64,000 bases of DNA from an uncultured Acidobacteriota bacterium. GTDB taxonomy: Bacteria > Acidobacteriota > Vicinamibacteria > Vicinamibacterales > Fen-181. Position 1 is the first letter of the stretch, and the number at the start of each line of letters is the position of its first letter. The DNA lies in the NCBI GenBank assembly GCA_963698725.1, contig CAVORY010000011.1, forward strand, positions 446,499 through 510,498. Direction: 5' to 3'. Below, piece by piece: positions 39,048 through 50,064 of this stretch. The notes beneath the pieces were generated by a model. It was not told the DNA's origin. It was given only the letters and a program-made list of their open reading frames with translations, and searched no databases. Made by a program: the position numbers and the translations under genes.

Positions 39048-39501
39048 ATGGTCTCCGAGCCGCGGCTCACCGTCCGTGTGGCAGCCGGCCAGGACGGCCT
39101 TCGCTCGGCCGCGGGCGCCCTCGACCGGTTCGAGGCCGCCCACTCGCTGGAATCCGGAGGCGGCATGGCCGGTTCACGTCGCGCTCGACGAGGTCCTCTC
39201 CAACGTCGTCCGTCACGGGACCGCCGGTCGCCCGAACCCGGTCATCGAAGTCACGTTCACGCTGGCCGCCGGAAGCCTCGAGGTCACGGTGGTGGACGAC
39301 GGTCCGGAGTGGGACCCGCTGGCGCTGCCGCCGCCCGACACGGCGACGCCGCTCGAAGCCAGGCGCCCCGGGGGGCTCGGCGTGCACCTGGTCCGGAACC
39401 TCATGGACCGCGTCACCTACAGTCGGCAGGATGATCGCAACCGGCTGGTGTTCGCGCGCCACTGCGAGGCAGCCGTTCGCGGGGCCCGTCTCAAGGAGTA
39501 G
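39048..39501 (+). pseudogene. RsbW-like anti-sigma factor/serine kinase (HATPase_c); +1 nt frameshift near 39147-39154
   Basis: The N-terminal 34 codons (MVSEPRLTVRVAAGQDGLRSAAGALDRFEAAHSL) are in one frame. The N-box onward (PEAAWPVHVALDEVLSNVVRHG...GGLGVHLVRNLMDRV) is in the +1 frame. Confidence 0.7.
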
Positions 39502-39505
39502 CCGC

Positions 39506-39844
39506 ATGGAGATCTCGCAGGTCGCGATGGACGGCGCGCTGGTGGTGGCGCCGGCAGGGCGCGTCGACAGCACCACCAGCGAGGCGCTCGAGCGCGCGCT
39601 GGCCGCGGCGCTGGACGGCGGGGCGCGCCGGATGGTGGTCGACCTCTCCGGCGTCGCCTACATCAGCAGCGTCGGCCTTCGCGTGCTGCTCGTCGTCGCC
39701 AAGCGGATGCGGACCGAGCGGGGCACGCTGGTGCTGTGCGGCCTGGGGGACGCCGTCAGGCAGGTCTTCGACCTGGCGGGATTCCTGCCGCTGTTCGCCG
39801 TCGAACCGTCGCGCGAACTGGCCGTCAGGCGGGCCGCGAACTGA
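39506..39844 (+). CDS. STAS-domain anti-sigma-factor antagonist (RsbV/SpoIIAA-like)
   Basis: AAGGAG RBS. DLSGVAYISSVGLRVLL contains the phosphorylatable Ser context. 112 aa. Confidence 0.85.
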   Translation: MEISQVAMDGALVVAPAGRVDSTTSEALERALAAALDGGARRMVVDLSGVAYISSVGLRVLLVVAKRMRTERGTLVLCGLGDAVRQVFDLAGFLPLFAVEPSRELAVRRAAN

Positions 39845-39849
39845 ACGGG

Positions 39850-39902
39850 GAGCCGGCAGACCGGCTCAGGGCTCACGGCTCAGGGCTTACGGCTCACGGC
39901 GG
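39850..39902. repeat. Perfect 7-bp hairpin (GAGCCGG-caga-CCGGCTC) running into about 5 GGCTNAS heptamers
   Basis: Begins 6 nt after the STAS stop. CGGCTCA GGGCTCA CGGCTCA GGGCTTA CGGCTCA. Confidence 0.85.
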
Positions 39903-39950
39903 CCGGCCCGGAGGCCGGCGCCGCAAGGGGCGGATTCTGGGGCGGATTGC

Positions 39951-40218
39951 GGTTGAACCACGGAGGGCACAAAGACCACAGAGATTCCAAGCTGAGGCTT
40001 CGACCGGGAGGCGCCACCGCGATGCGGCGGCGCCGGTCGCCCGGACGCGGCGCCGCGGGAACGAGCCCGCCAGTCGCTCTCGCGGGTTCGTTCCCGTTGC
40101 GCCGCGCCCGGCGGTCCGGGCCATTCGGCCCGGCCCCGGTCGAAGCCCGAACGGCCGTCACGCTGGCATACGTGACGCGGGCAAGCCTCCGTGCCCTCTG
40201 TGTTCTCTGTGGTTGAGG
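39951..40218. repeat. About 270-bp structured intergenic element (MITE-like or ncRNA) with related termini and a central 15-bp hairpin
   Basis: Termini share the CCACAGAGA/TCTCTGTGG and GGAGGGCAC/GTGCCCTCC words in inverted orientation. Central stem CGGGAACGAGCCCGC...GCGGGTTCGTTCCCG at about 40052-40095. Confidence 0.5.
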
Positions 40219-40240
40219 TCGGAGAATCGAGCAGACAGAC

Positions 40241-41906
40241 GTGGCCACCCTCGTCCTCACCATCGAACGACCCGGCCGGCCGGCCGAGACCGCGACATTC
40301 GACGCGGAGGAGCTCTTCGTCGGTCGCCGTGAGGGCGTGGACATCGCCATCCCGGACACGAGCGTGTCGCGACGCCACGCCCGGATCTTCCGGCGCGGGG
40401 ATGGCTGGTGGTCGAAGACCTGGCGTCGCGCAACGGCACGAAGCTGAACGGCATCCCCGATTTCCGGGCCAGCGCCATTCGCGGCGGGCGACTGCCGTGC
40501 GCATCGGCGACGCTACGCTGTGCATGCCGGCGCCGGGGGGCTCCGCGCCCCGCCCGGGCCCGTTCGCGAGCGCCTCCGACGACCACCTCACGACCTTCTC
40601 GGTCATCAAGCCGGCCGCCTCGCTGCTGGACGCGACCGGTGACCATGCGCAGGCCTCCTCCCGGCTGCGCATGCTGAACGAGGTGCATCGGGCCCTGGCG
40701 GCCCCGGTGTCGCGCGACGCGCTCCTGCAGATCGTCCTCGACCACGCGTTCGCCGCGTTGCGGCCGGAGTATGCCGCCGTGTTCCTCCTCGGCGCCGGAG
40801 GAGAACTCGTGCGAGCCGCCGAACGCCGCTCGTCGACGGCGTCGGCCACGCTGCTGATCTCGCGCCGCCTGGCCGAGGAGGTCACCGTCAAGGGGGCGGC
40901 GGCGCTGGTGCTGGACGCCCAGCTCGATGAGCGTTTCGCGTCCGAGAGCGTCATTCTCTCCGGCGTCCGCAGCATCGTCGCAGCGCCCCTCTCGGACGCC
41001 GAAGGCTGCCTGGGCATGATCGCCCTCTACTCGCACGCCGAGGCGAAGCGCTTCACCGAGGCCGACCTCGAGCTGCTGGTGTCGCTCGCGTCGGCGGCGG
41101 CGCTGCGCGTGCGCAATATCGCGCTGGTCGAGCAGGCGGCCGAACGCCGGGCGCTCGACCGCGAACTCGCGCTCGCGCGCGAAATCCAGGCGGGCATGCT
41201 TCGCCACCGGCTGCTGGAGCGGCCGGAGGTGTCCTTCGCCGCCCGCCAGATACCGGCTCACCTGGTCGGCGGCGACTTCTACGAGTTCCAGGCCGACCTC
41301 ACCCGCCTCTGGTTCGTCATCGGCGACGTGGCCGGCAAGGGGATGGCGGCCGCCCTGATGATGGCAATGGCGCAGACCCTGTTTCGCGCGACCGCCAGCC
41401 TCGGCCGGCCGATCGACGAGGTCATGGCCCATCTGAACCGCGACCTGGCGCGCGACAACGACCGCGCGATGTTCGTCACCGCCCTCGGCGGCTGCCTCAA
41501 TCTCGAAACGGGCCTGCTGCACCTGGTCAACGCCGGCCACAACCTCGCCTACCGCGTGCGATGCGACGGCTCGTTCGACGTCATCCGGGCCGCCAACGGC
41601 GTCGCGCTGGGGGTGGTCGAGGACGCGGTCTTCCCTGTCACCACGACCGCCCTCGAGCCGGGCGAGGCGCTGCTGGCCTACACGGACGGCGTGTGCGACG
41701 CCATCAGCCCGTCTGGCGCCGCCTTCGGCATCACGGGCCTCGAGCGCCACCTCGCCACGGTTGGCCGCCTCAGCGCCGACGCCGTCGTCGCCAGCGTGTT
41801 CGAGGTCGTGGAGCGGTTCGCCGAGGGCGCCCCTCAGGAGGACGACATCACCGTCGCCATGATCCGGTATCACGGGCCCGCGCGGGACGGCCCGCCGGCG
41901 CCGTGA
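40241..41906 (+). pseudogene. FHA-GAF-PP2C (SpoIIE/RsbU-type) serine phosphatase; two -1 nt frameshifts, near 40405-40411 and 40483-40493
   Basis: The FHA core is split over three frames: VGRREGVDIAIPDTSVSRRHARIFRRGDGW / VEDLASRNGTKLNGIP...AIRGG / TAVRIGDATLCM. The GAF region and PP2C motifs (GGDFYEF, VIGDVAGKGMAAAL, NAGHN, YTDGV) follow in the third frame. Confidence 0.8.
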
Positions 41907-41995
41907 TAAAATAGCTGGTTGTTTGGGTGGTGGACGGTCGTGGCACTAATACCGCCTCCTTCGAGGCACATTCGCAGCAGAGAGGGGATCATCCA

Positions 41996-43282
<1,287 letters not shown>

Positions 43283-43284
43283 AC

Positions 43285-43320
43285 GGGCTCAGGGCTTAGG
43301 GCTCAAGGCTCAAGGCCTAA
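43285..43320. repeat. Heptamer repeat, 5 units (GGCTCAG GGCTTAG GGCTCAA GGCTCAA GGCCTAA)
   Basis: Starts 3 nt after the gdhA stop. Confidence 0.85.
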
Positions 43321-43327
43321 GGAACGA

Positions 43328-43362
43328 GGGGCGGTCGAGCAATCGGCCGCCCCTTTTCTTTT
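43328..43362 (+). terminator. Rho-independent terminator of gdhA
   Basis: GGGGCGG...CCGCCCC stem with an inner CGA/TCG extension, followed by TTTTCTTTT. Confidence 0.7.
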
Positions 43363-43446
43363 CCGCCTCCCCGCCCTCCGCCCTCCGCCCTCCGCCTCCC
43401 CGCCCTCCGCCTTCCCGCCCTCCGCCTTCCCGCCTTCCCGCCTATT
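43363..43446. repeat. CCGCCCT-type 7/8-nt tandem repeat (about 11 units)
   Basis: CCGCCCT CCGCCCT CCGCCCT CCGCCTC CCCGCCCT CCGCCTT CCCGCCCT CCGCCTT CCCGCCTT CCCGCC. Pure pyrimidine-rich strand asymmetry. Confidence 0.9.
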
Positions 43447-43479
43447 CGAGTATCCTCATCTAGCGCGAGAGCGCGCCCG

Positions 43480-45282
43480 ATGACCACCACCCTGACGCGT
43501 CCGGCGATCCCCGCGTTCGACCGGCATTTCTTCGACGGGACCGAGCAGTTCACCTGCATCGGCAGCGGCCCCTACGGCGGCAAGGCCCACGGCCTGCTGA
43601 CGGTGAAGGACCTGCTGGCGACGGGGCTGGAAGCGGCGGCAGGCCGCGCCGTAGCCCGAGGGGCGAAGGCGGGGTCGAAGGCGTTCCTCCGCCACTTCGA
43701 CGTGCAGGTGCCGACGCTCACGGTGGTGACGACCGACCTGTTCGAGACGTTCATGTCGTCGAACCGGCTGTGGGACGTGGTGAACGCCGGCGAGCCGGAT
43801 CACCGGATCGCCCTCGCCTTCCTGGCCGCGGACCTGCCGGTCGAGCTGCTCGGGGATCTCTACGCCCTCACCCGCCAGGTTCACACGCCGCTGGCCATCC
43901 GGTCGTCCAGCCTGCTCGAGGACGCGCTGAACCAGCCGTTCGCCGGCGTCTACGCGACGAAGATGATCCCCAACAACCAGCACGACGTGGAGACGCGGTT
44001 CCACAAGCTGGTCGAGGCGGTGAAGTTCGTCTACGCGTCCACGTTCTTCCAGAACGCGCGTGACTACCGGCGCCTGACAGGCCACACGGGGGAGGACCGC
44101 ATGGCGGTCATCCTTCAGGCGATCGTCGGCCGCCGTCACCGCGACCGGTTCTATCCGGAGCTGTCGGGCGTGGCCCGATCGTACAGCTTCTACCGCTCCG
44201 GGAACACGCGGCCCGAGGACGGCGTCATCAACCTCGCGTTCGGCCTGGGGAAGACGATCGTGGACGGCGGCGTCACGTGGAGCTGCTCGCCGGCGCAGCC
44301 CCGCGCGACGCCGCCGTATTCGTCGGTCCGCGACCTGCTGCGCCAGACGCAGGTGCAGTTCTGGGCGGTGAACATGGGCAAGCCGCCCGCCTACGACCCG
44401 GTCGAGGAGGCCGAGTACCTCGTGCAGTCGGCGGTGGCCGACGCCGAGGAGGACGGCACGCTGCGGCTGGTGGCCTCCACCTACGATGCCGGGTCGGACC
44501 GCCTGTCGATGGGCGTGGGCGTCCGCGGCCCGCGCGCGCTCAACTTCGCGCCGCTGCTGGTGCTCGAGGAGTATGCGCTGAACGACCTCCTCAAGGCGCT
44601 GATGACACTGTGCCAGGAGGCGCTGGGCGCGCCGGTCGAGATCGAGTTCGCGGTGACGTTCCCGCCCGAAGGCGAGGATGGCCCGGCAAAGTTCGGGTTC
44701 CTCCAGGTCCGGCCAATGTCGGTGTCGGACACGGTGGTGGACATCGACCTCCAGTCGCTCGATCGCGGCGCCCTGCTCCTCGCCTCGGAGCGGGTGATGG
44801 GCAACGGCCTCGTCCCGGACGTTCGCGACGTCGTCTACGTGAAGCCGGAGGTGTTCGAGGCCCGCCACACGCCGGCCATCGCGTCCGACATCGCGCGGAT
44901 CAACGTGGGCCTGGTGGACCAGGGCATTCCGTACCTGCTGATCGGGTTCGGCCGCTGGGGAAGCTCGGATCCCTGGCTCGGCATCCCGGTCACCTGGCCG
45001 CAGATCGGGGGCGCCAAGGCCATCGTGGAGGCGACGCTGCCGGCGATGAACGTCGACCTGAGCCAGGGGTCGCACTTCTTCCACAACATCTCGAGCTTCA
45101 ACGTCAGCTATTTCTCGGTCCCCTTCCACGGCGACTTCCCGATCGACTGGGACGGCCTCTCGCGTCAGCCGGCGCTGACCGAGACCGATTTCGTCCGCCA
45201 TGTTCGCCTCGCCGCGCCGCTGCACATCGCCGTGGACGGGCGCCAGGGACACGGCGCCATCCTGTGGAGACAGGTTCCGTAA
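43480..45282 (+). CDS. PEP/pyruvate-binding (PPDK N-terminal ATP-grasp) domain protein, no phosphohistidine swivel domain seen
   Basis: 600 aa. LAIRSSSLLEDALNQPFAGVYATK signature and later a GFGRWGSSDPWLG segment. No GGxTSH motif. Confidence 0.8.
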   Translation: MTTTLTRPAIPAFDRHFFDGTEQFTCIGSGPYGGKAHGLLTVKDLLATGLEAAAGRAVARGAKAGSKAFLRHFDVQVPTLTVVTTDLFETFMSSNRLWDVVNAGEPDHRIALAFLAADLPVELLGDLYALTRQVHTPLAIRSSSLLEDALNQPFAGVYATKMIPNNQHDVETRFHKLVEAVKFVYASTFFQNARDYRRLTGHTGEDRMAVILQAIVGRRHRDRFYPELSGVARSYSFYRSGNTRPEDGVINLAFGLGKTIVDGGVTWSCSPAQPRATPPYSSVRDLLRQTQVQFWAVNMGKPPAYDPVEEAEYLVQSAVADAEEDGTLRLVASTYDAGSDRLSMGVGVRGPRALNFAPLLVLEEYALNDLLKALMTLCQEALGAPVEIEFAVTFPPEGEDGPAKFGFLQVRPMSVSDTVVDIDLQSLDRGALLLASERVMGNGLVPDVRDVVYVKPEVFEARHTPAIASDIARINVGLVDQGIPYLLIGFGRWGSSDPWLGIPVTWPQIGGAKAIVEATLPAMNVDLSQGSHFFHNISSFNVSYFSVPFHGDFPIDWDGLSRQPALTETDFVRHVRLAAPLHIAVDGRQGHGAILWRQVP

Positions 45283-45287
45283 CCGCC

Positions 45288-48200
45288 ATGAACCCGATTA
45301 ACCAGCCGGTCAACAACATCATCGAGCAGCTCCAGGAACGGGCGAAGGAGCTGCATACGCTCTACAAGGTCCACGAGCTGATCAACCAGCAGGACGCCCC
45401 GATCGACGAGGTCTGCCGGGCGCTGACGGAGGTGGTGCCGGCCGGCTGGCAGTACCCGAGCGTCTGCTGGGCGCGCATCACGCTCGACAACACGGTGTAC
45501 CAGCCGCCGCGCGTGACCGAGACCCCGTGGGTGCAGCGCGCCGCCATCACCGCGCAGGGCGAGACGGTGGGATCGCTCGAGGTCTTCTACACCCGCCAGA
45601 TGCCGCGCGCCGACGAGGGGCCGTTCCTCAAGGAGGAGCGGAAGCTCATCGACACCATCGCCGAGCGCCTGGGCCACTTCGTGATGCAGCGCCGGCTGCA
45701 GGCCACGCTCCGCAACTGGCAGTCGGCTATGGAGAACCTCGCGTCGCCGGAGCGGCGCGAGTGGTGGGTCATCATCGAGTTCCTGCGAAAGACCGACCAG
45801 CACCTGCTGATGCGGATCTCGCGCCGGATGCTGAACTACCTGTGCTGGAACGGCATCGACGAGGCGCAGCAGCTGCTGCAGCGGTTCGCCGCCGACTTCA
45901 CGGCGCAGACCGAGGGGTTCGAGGACAACATCCCGCTGCGGCGCAAGAGCATGGAGGAGCTGCTGGCGCTGACCGAGGACGCGTTCCGCATCGCCGCCGC
46001 GCATCTGAGCGAGGGCGAGATCGTCAGCTGCATCCAGACCTGGATCAAGGACGACAAGTCGGGCTTCCTCGTGGAGGCGGTCGAGAACCAGTGCACCTCG
46101 CTCACCGACATCGGGCAGGCGCTGGAGCGCTATCACCAGCTCGCGGTGCAGGACGAGGAGCTGTCACGGTCGGTGCAGATCGGCCTGCGGGTCTCGCTGG
46201 CGCGGCGGTTCTTCACCGAGGATCTCGAGTTCATCAACACCGCGAAGAACTACATCGGGATTGCCGATTTCTACGAGCTGGTCAACCACATCATCAGCCC
46301 GCCCGCGAGCCACGGGAAGCTCGGCGGCAAGAGCGCCGGGATGCTGCTCGCCTCGCAGATCATCCGCCGGTCGGGCGAGCACGCCGACCTGCTGGCGAAC
46401 GTCAAGGTGCCGAAGACCTGGTACATCGCGTCGGACGGCCTCATGAGCTTCGTCGAGTACAACCAGCTCGAGGACGTCTACAACCGGAAGTACCTCGAGA
46501 TCGAGCAGATCCGCCGTGAGTACCCGCACATCGTCCAGGTGTTCAAGAACTCGCGGTTCGCGCCGGAAATCATGAAGGGGCTGTCGCTGGCCCTCGACGA
46601 TCTCGAGGGCAGGCCGCTGATCGTCCGCAGCTCGAGCCTGCTCGAGGACCGGATGGGCGCCGCCTTCTCCGGCAAGTACAAGAGCCTTTTCCTCGCCAAC
46701 GTCGGCACCAAGGGGGAGCGGCTGAGCGCGTTGATGGACGCGATTGCCGAGGTCTACGCGTCGCTGTTCAGCGCCGACCCGATCGAGTACCGCGCCGAGC
46801 GCAACCTGCTCGACCTCCACGAGGAGATGGGGATCATGATTCAGGAGGTGGTGGGCTCGCGCGTCGGCCCCTACTTCCTGCCGTCGTTCGCCGGCGTCGC
46901 GTTCAGCAACAACGAGTTCCGCTGGTCGCCGCGCATCAAGCGCGACGACGGGCTGGTGCGCCTCGTGCCGGGCCTCGGCACGCGCGCCGTCGACCGCGTC
47001 GGCGACGACTACCCGATTCTCGTCGCCCCCGGCCAGCCGGGCCTGCGGGTCAACGTCACGCCCGACGAGATCCTGCGCTACGCCCCGCGCAAGATCGACG
47101 TCATCAACATCGAGACGCGGCGCTTCGAGACGATCGATGCGTCGGAGCTGTTCCGCGATTACGGGCGGGAGCTGCCGGCGCTCGACCAGATCGCGTCGGT
47201 CTACGACAGCGAGGGGATCCACCGGCCCGTCGGTTTCGGCTGGGACCCGGCCGAATCGCAGACCGTCGTCACCTTCGACGGCCTGATCAGCGCCACGCCG
47301 TTCATGGCGAGGATGCGGACGCTGCTCAAGCTGCTGCGCGAGCGGATCGGATCGCCTGTGGACATCGAGTTCGCCTCGGACGGCCGCGACCTCTACCTGC
47401 TGCAGTGCCGGCCGCAGAGCTTCTCGCAGGACGCCGTGCCGTCGGCCATCCCGCGCGACCTGCCGTACGACCGCGTGCTGTTCGCGGCCAACCGCTACGT
47501 GTCGAACGGGCGCGTCCCGGACATCACCCACGTCGTCTACGTCGACCCGGGGGAGTACAGACCAGCTCGAAAGCCTCGCCGAGATGAAGGACGTCGGGCG
47601 CGCGATCGGGCGGCTCAACAAGATGCTGCCGAAACGGCAGTTCATCCTGATGGGCCCCGGGCGCTGGGGCAGCCGCGGCGACATCAAGCTGGGCGTCAGC
47701 GTCACCTACTCCGACATCAACAACACCGCGGTGCTGATGGAGATTGCGGCGAAGAAGGGAAACTACGTCCCCGACCTGTCGTTCGGCACCCACTTCTTCC
47801 AGGATCTCGTCGAGGCCGGCATCCGCTACCTGCCCCTCTTCCCGGGCGACGACGGGCAGAAGTGCAACGAGCTGTTCCTCCGACGATCGCCGAACATCCT
47901 CGCTGAGATCGTGCCGGAATACGCCCACCTCGCGCACGTGGTGCGCGTGATCGACGTGCCCAAGGCGACCGACGGCCTGATCCTCCAGGTGCTGATGAAC
48001 GCCGACCTCGAGGAGGCGGTCGGGTACTTCGCGCCGACGACGGTGACGCAGGGGACGGCGCCGGAGCGGCGCCCCGACATCCACGCGGTCACCGAGGACC
48101 ACTGGCGGTGGCGGCTGCGCATGGCCGAGCACATCGCGGCCGAGGTAGACCCGGTGCGGTTCGGCATCAAGGGGATGTACGTCTTCGGCAGCACGAAGAA

Positions 48201-48471
48201 CGCGACGGCCGGCCCCGGCAGCGACATCGACCTGATCGTCCACGTCGACGCCGTCGAGCAGACGCGGCAGCAGCTGGAAGTGTGGCTCGAGGGGTGGAGC
48301 CTCTGTCTGAGCGAGATCAACTACCTGCGGACCGGCTACCGGACGGAAGGCCTGCTCGACGTGAAGATCGTCACCGACGCCGACTTCACGAACCACTCGA
48401 GCTTCGCGTCGAAGATCGGCGCTATCACCGACCCCGCCCGCGCGCTTCCGCTCCGTCGTGGCGCGGGGTAG
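45288..48471 (+). pseudogene. Multidomain paralog: sensor-like N-domain, PPDK-N ATP-grasp domain, C-terminal minimal nucleotidyltransferase; +1 nt frameshift near 47556-47561
   Basis: LIVRSSSLLEDRMGAAFSGKYKSLF. After VVYVDPGEY the frame shifts to DQLESLAEMKDVGRAIGRLNK...GPGRWGSRGD, which is collinear with the intact paralog. The C-terminal FGSTKNATAGPGSDIDLIVHV is a Pol-beta-type NTase G[ST]x9-10DxD motif. Confidence 0.8.
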
Positions 48472-48759
48472 CCGGCGCAGGTCGGACCCCTGGCCGGCCC
48501 GATGAGGCGCCGGTCGTGGCTGCCCGTCGCGAGGTCGTCCGGGTCTGGAGGGTCCCGCCGGGCAATCCCTCCCCTGGCAAAGAACCGCTGCGCCGGCTCA
48601 CCGTCCCTTCGTCCTGCGGTTGGGGCACACGCCGGGCATGTCGCCCCCATCCCCAACCGCGCCATTGTTGGCCGGCTGGCGGTTCTCGCTGCCCTGTCGA
48701 TGGCGAATGTCCACGGCTCGCTTGGGCGGAACCCTCCAGACCCGGCCGACCGTGACTTT

Positions 48760-48797
48760 CGCCGGTCTCGCGCGACATCCCGCACCCGTCCGCCGCG
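48760..48797. repeat. Partial copy (3-prime end) of the 236-bp dispersed module
   Basis: CGCCGGTCTCGCGCGACATCCCGCACCCGTCCGCCGCG versus CGCCGGTCTCGCGAGGCATCCCGCACCCGCCCGCCGCG at 54618 and 59895 (about 34/38). Confidence 0.7.
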
Positions 48798-49118
48798 CTG
48801 ATGTCTCGCGCGGGCGCCCGCGACACCCAGAAGCCGGTCGTTCCCAACAACAGGCCGCGATTCTGGATCGCGGCAGGCTGGCGGGCCGTTGCCGGACGAG
48901 CCGCTTCGGAGCAGCCCGTCATCGCGGGTCGGAAACCGACGAGCGGGTGGACCGGTTTCCCCCGCCGCCGCGCGGCCGCTCGAGCCAGGGCTTTAGCGCC
49001 AGGCGGGCACCGATGCCCGGAAACCGGTCCAGAGCAAGGATGGTTTCCCGGGCTGCGGAGGCGGCGAGGGAGGCAATGGGTCGACAGCCTGCCGCGACTC
49101 GCAATCGCGGCCTCTCGT

Positions 49119-49982
49119 CTAGATCAGTTCCCTTGTCGCAGAGGCCGGCTCGTCGGGATCGAAGCGCACGAGCGCCAGTTCGGGTCCGTCGTGGGCGGCG
49201 GAGAAGGCGTGCGTGTCGCCGAGCCGGGTGGACCAGTCGCCGGTGATCCGCGCCGACTCGTGCACGTGGCCGTGGAGCGTGACCCGAGGCTGCCGCGCCG
49301 AGATGAAACGCGCGATGGCGATGCTGCCGACATGGACGTCGATCGGCACGTAGTCGACCATGCGACCGTCGAGCGCGGCCCGATCGAGCGCGCTCTTGTA
49401 CGGCGGGCTGTGGAACAGCATGATCGCGCGCTCCAGCGGCCGGTCCCCCACCAGCGCCTCGAGGTCCTGCTGGATCGTCCCGTAGCGGACCTCCGATTCG
49501 TTGACCGGCATCGTCCGCATCCCTTCCTCGGGCGACGAGCACCCCGGGTCCACGTACCGCGACACGTCGTAGCGCTCCCAGTCCTTCAAGCTGAACGGCG
49601 TCGGCGGGACGCACGCGTAGCCGAACACCGTGAAGCCCCGCCACTCGATTCGCCGGTCGTGCGCGTAGTGCCACAGCCCGCGCGTGGCGACGTCGAGCAT
49701 CGCCGCTTCTTCGATGCGCGGATCGTCGTTGCCGAGGATGACGAAGACGTCCGGATAGGCGGGGCCGACGGCGCCCCGCACCCGCTCGAACGCAGGGGCG
49801 AGGAACCCGTTGATGAAGTCGATGTGGTCGGGGTCGACCGACCCCGCCAGGCCGAGGCCGGAGGGCAGCAGATCGCCGCCCAGGAACACCGCCGTCGGAT
49901 GTTCGGCCTCGACCGCCCGCAGCAGCTTGCCGTACCGGTCCGTGCGCCCGTGCAGGTCGGACGCGAAGAAGCACAGCGGCAT
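49119..49982 (-). CDS. Calcineurin-like metallophosphoesterase
   Basis: SDLHG, GGDLLP, GNDD, and GHVHE motifs in canonical order. Confidence 0.85.
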   Translation of the reverse strand: MPLCFFASDLHGRTDRYGKLLRAVEAEHPTAVFLGGDLLPSGLGLAGSVDPDHIDFINGFLAPAFERVRGAVGPAYPDVFVILGNDDPRIEEAAMLDVATRGLWHYAHDRRIEWRGFTVFGYACVPPTPFSLKDWERYDVSRYVDPGCSSPEEGMRTMPVNESEVRYGTIQQDLEALVGDRPLERAIMLFHSPPYKSALDRAALDGRMVDYVPIDVHVGSIAIARFISARQPRVTLHGHVHESARITGDWSTRLGDTHAFSAAHDGPELALVRFDPDEPASATRELI

Positions 49983-50064
49983 AATGAACAGCAGGGCTGC
50001 CCGCCGCCGCGCGGTGCGCTTCGGCGGGTCCGCCGTAGCCGGGCGGAGGCGGAAAGCACCGCTC

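Noticed and set aside
48472-49118. Known housekeeping ncRNA (tmRNA, RNase P RNA, SRP RNA, 6S) in the long non-coding islands
   Set aside because: I could not find the conserved cores: the RNase P GAGGAAAGUCC, the SRP GGAAGCAGCC tetraloop region, or a tmRNA tag ORF with a CCA-end acceptor. This is by eye only, so a covariance-model scan is still warranted.
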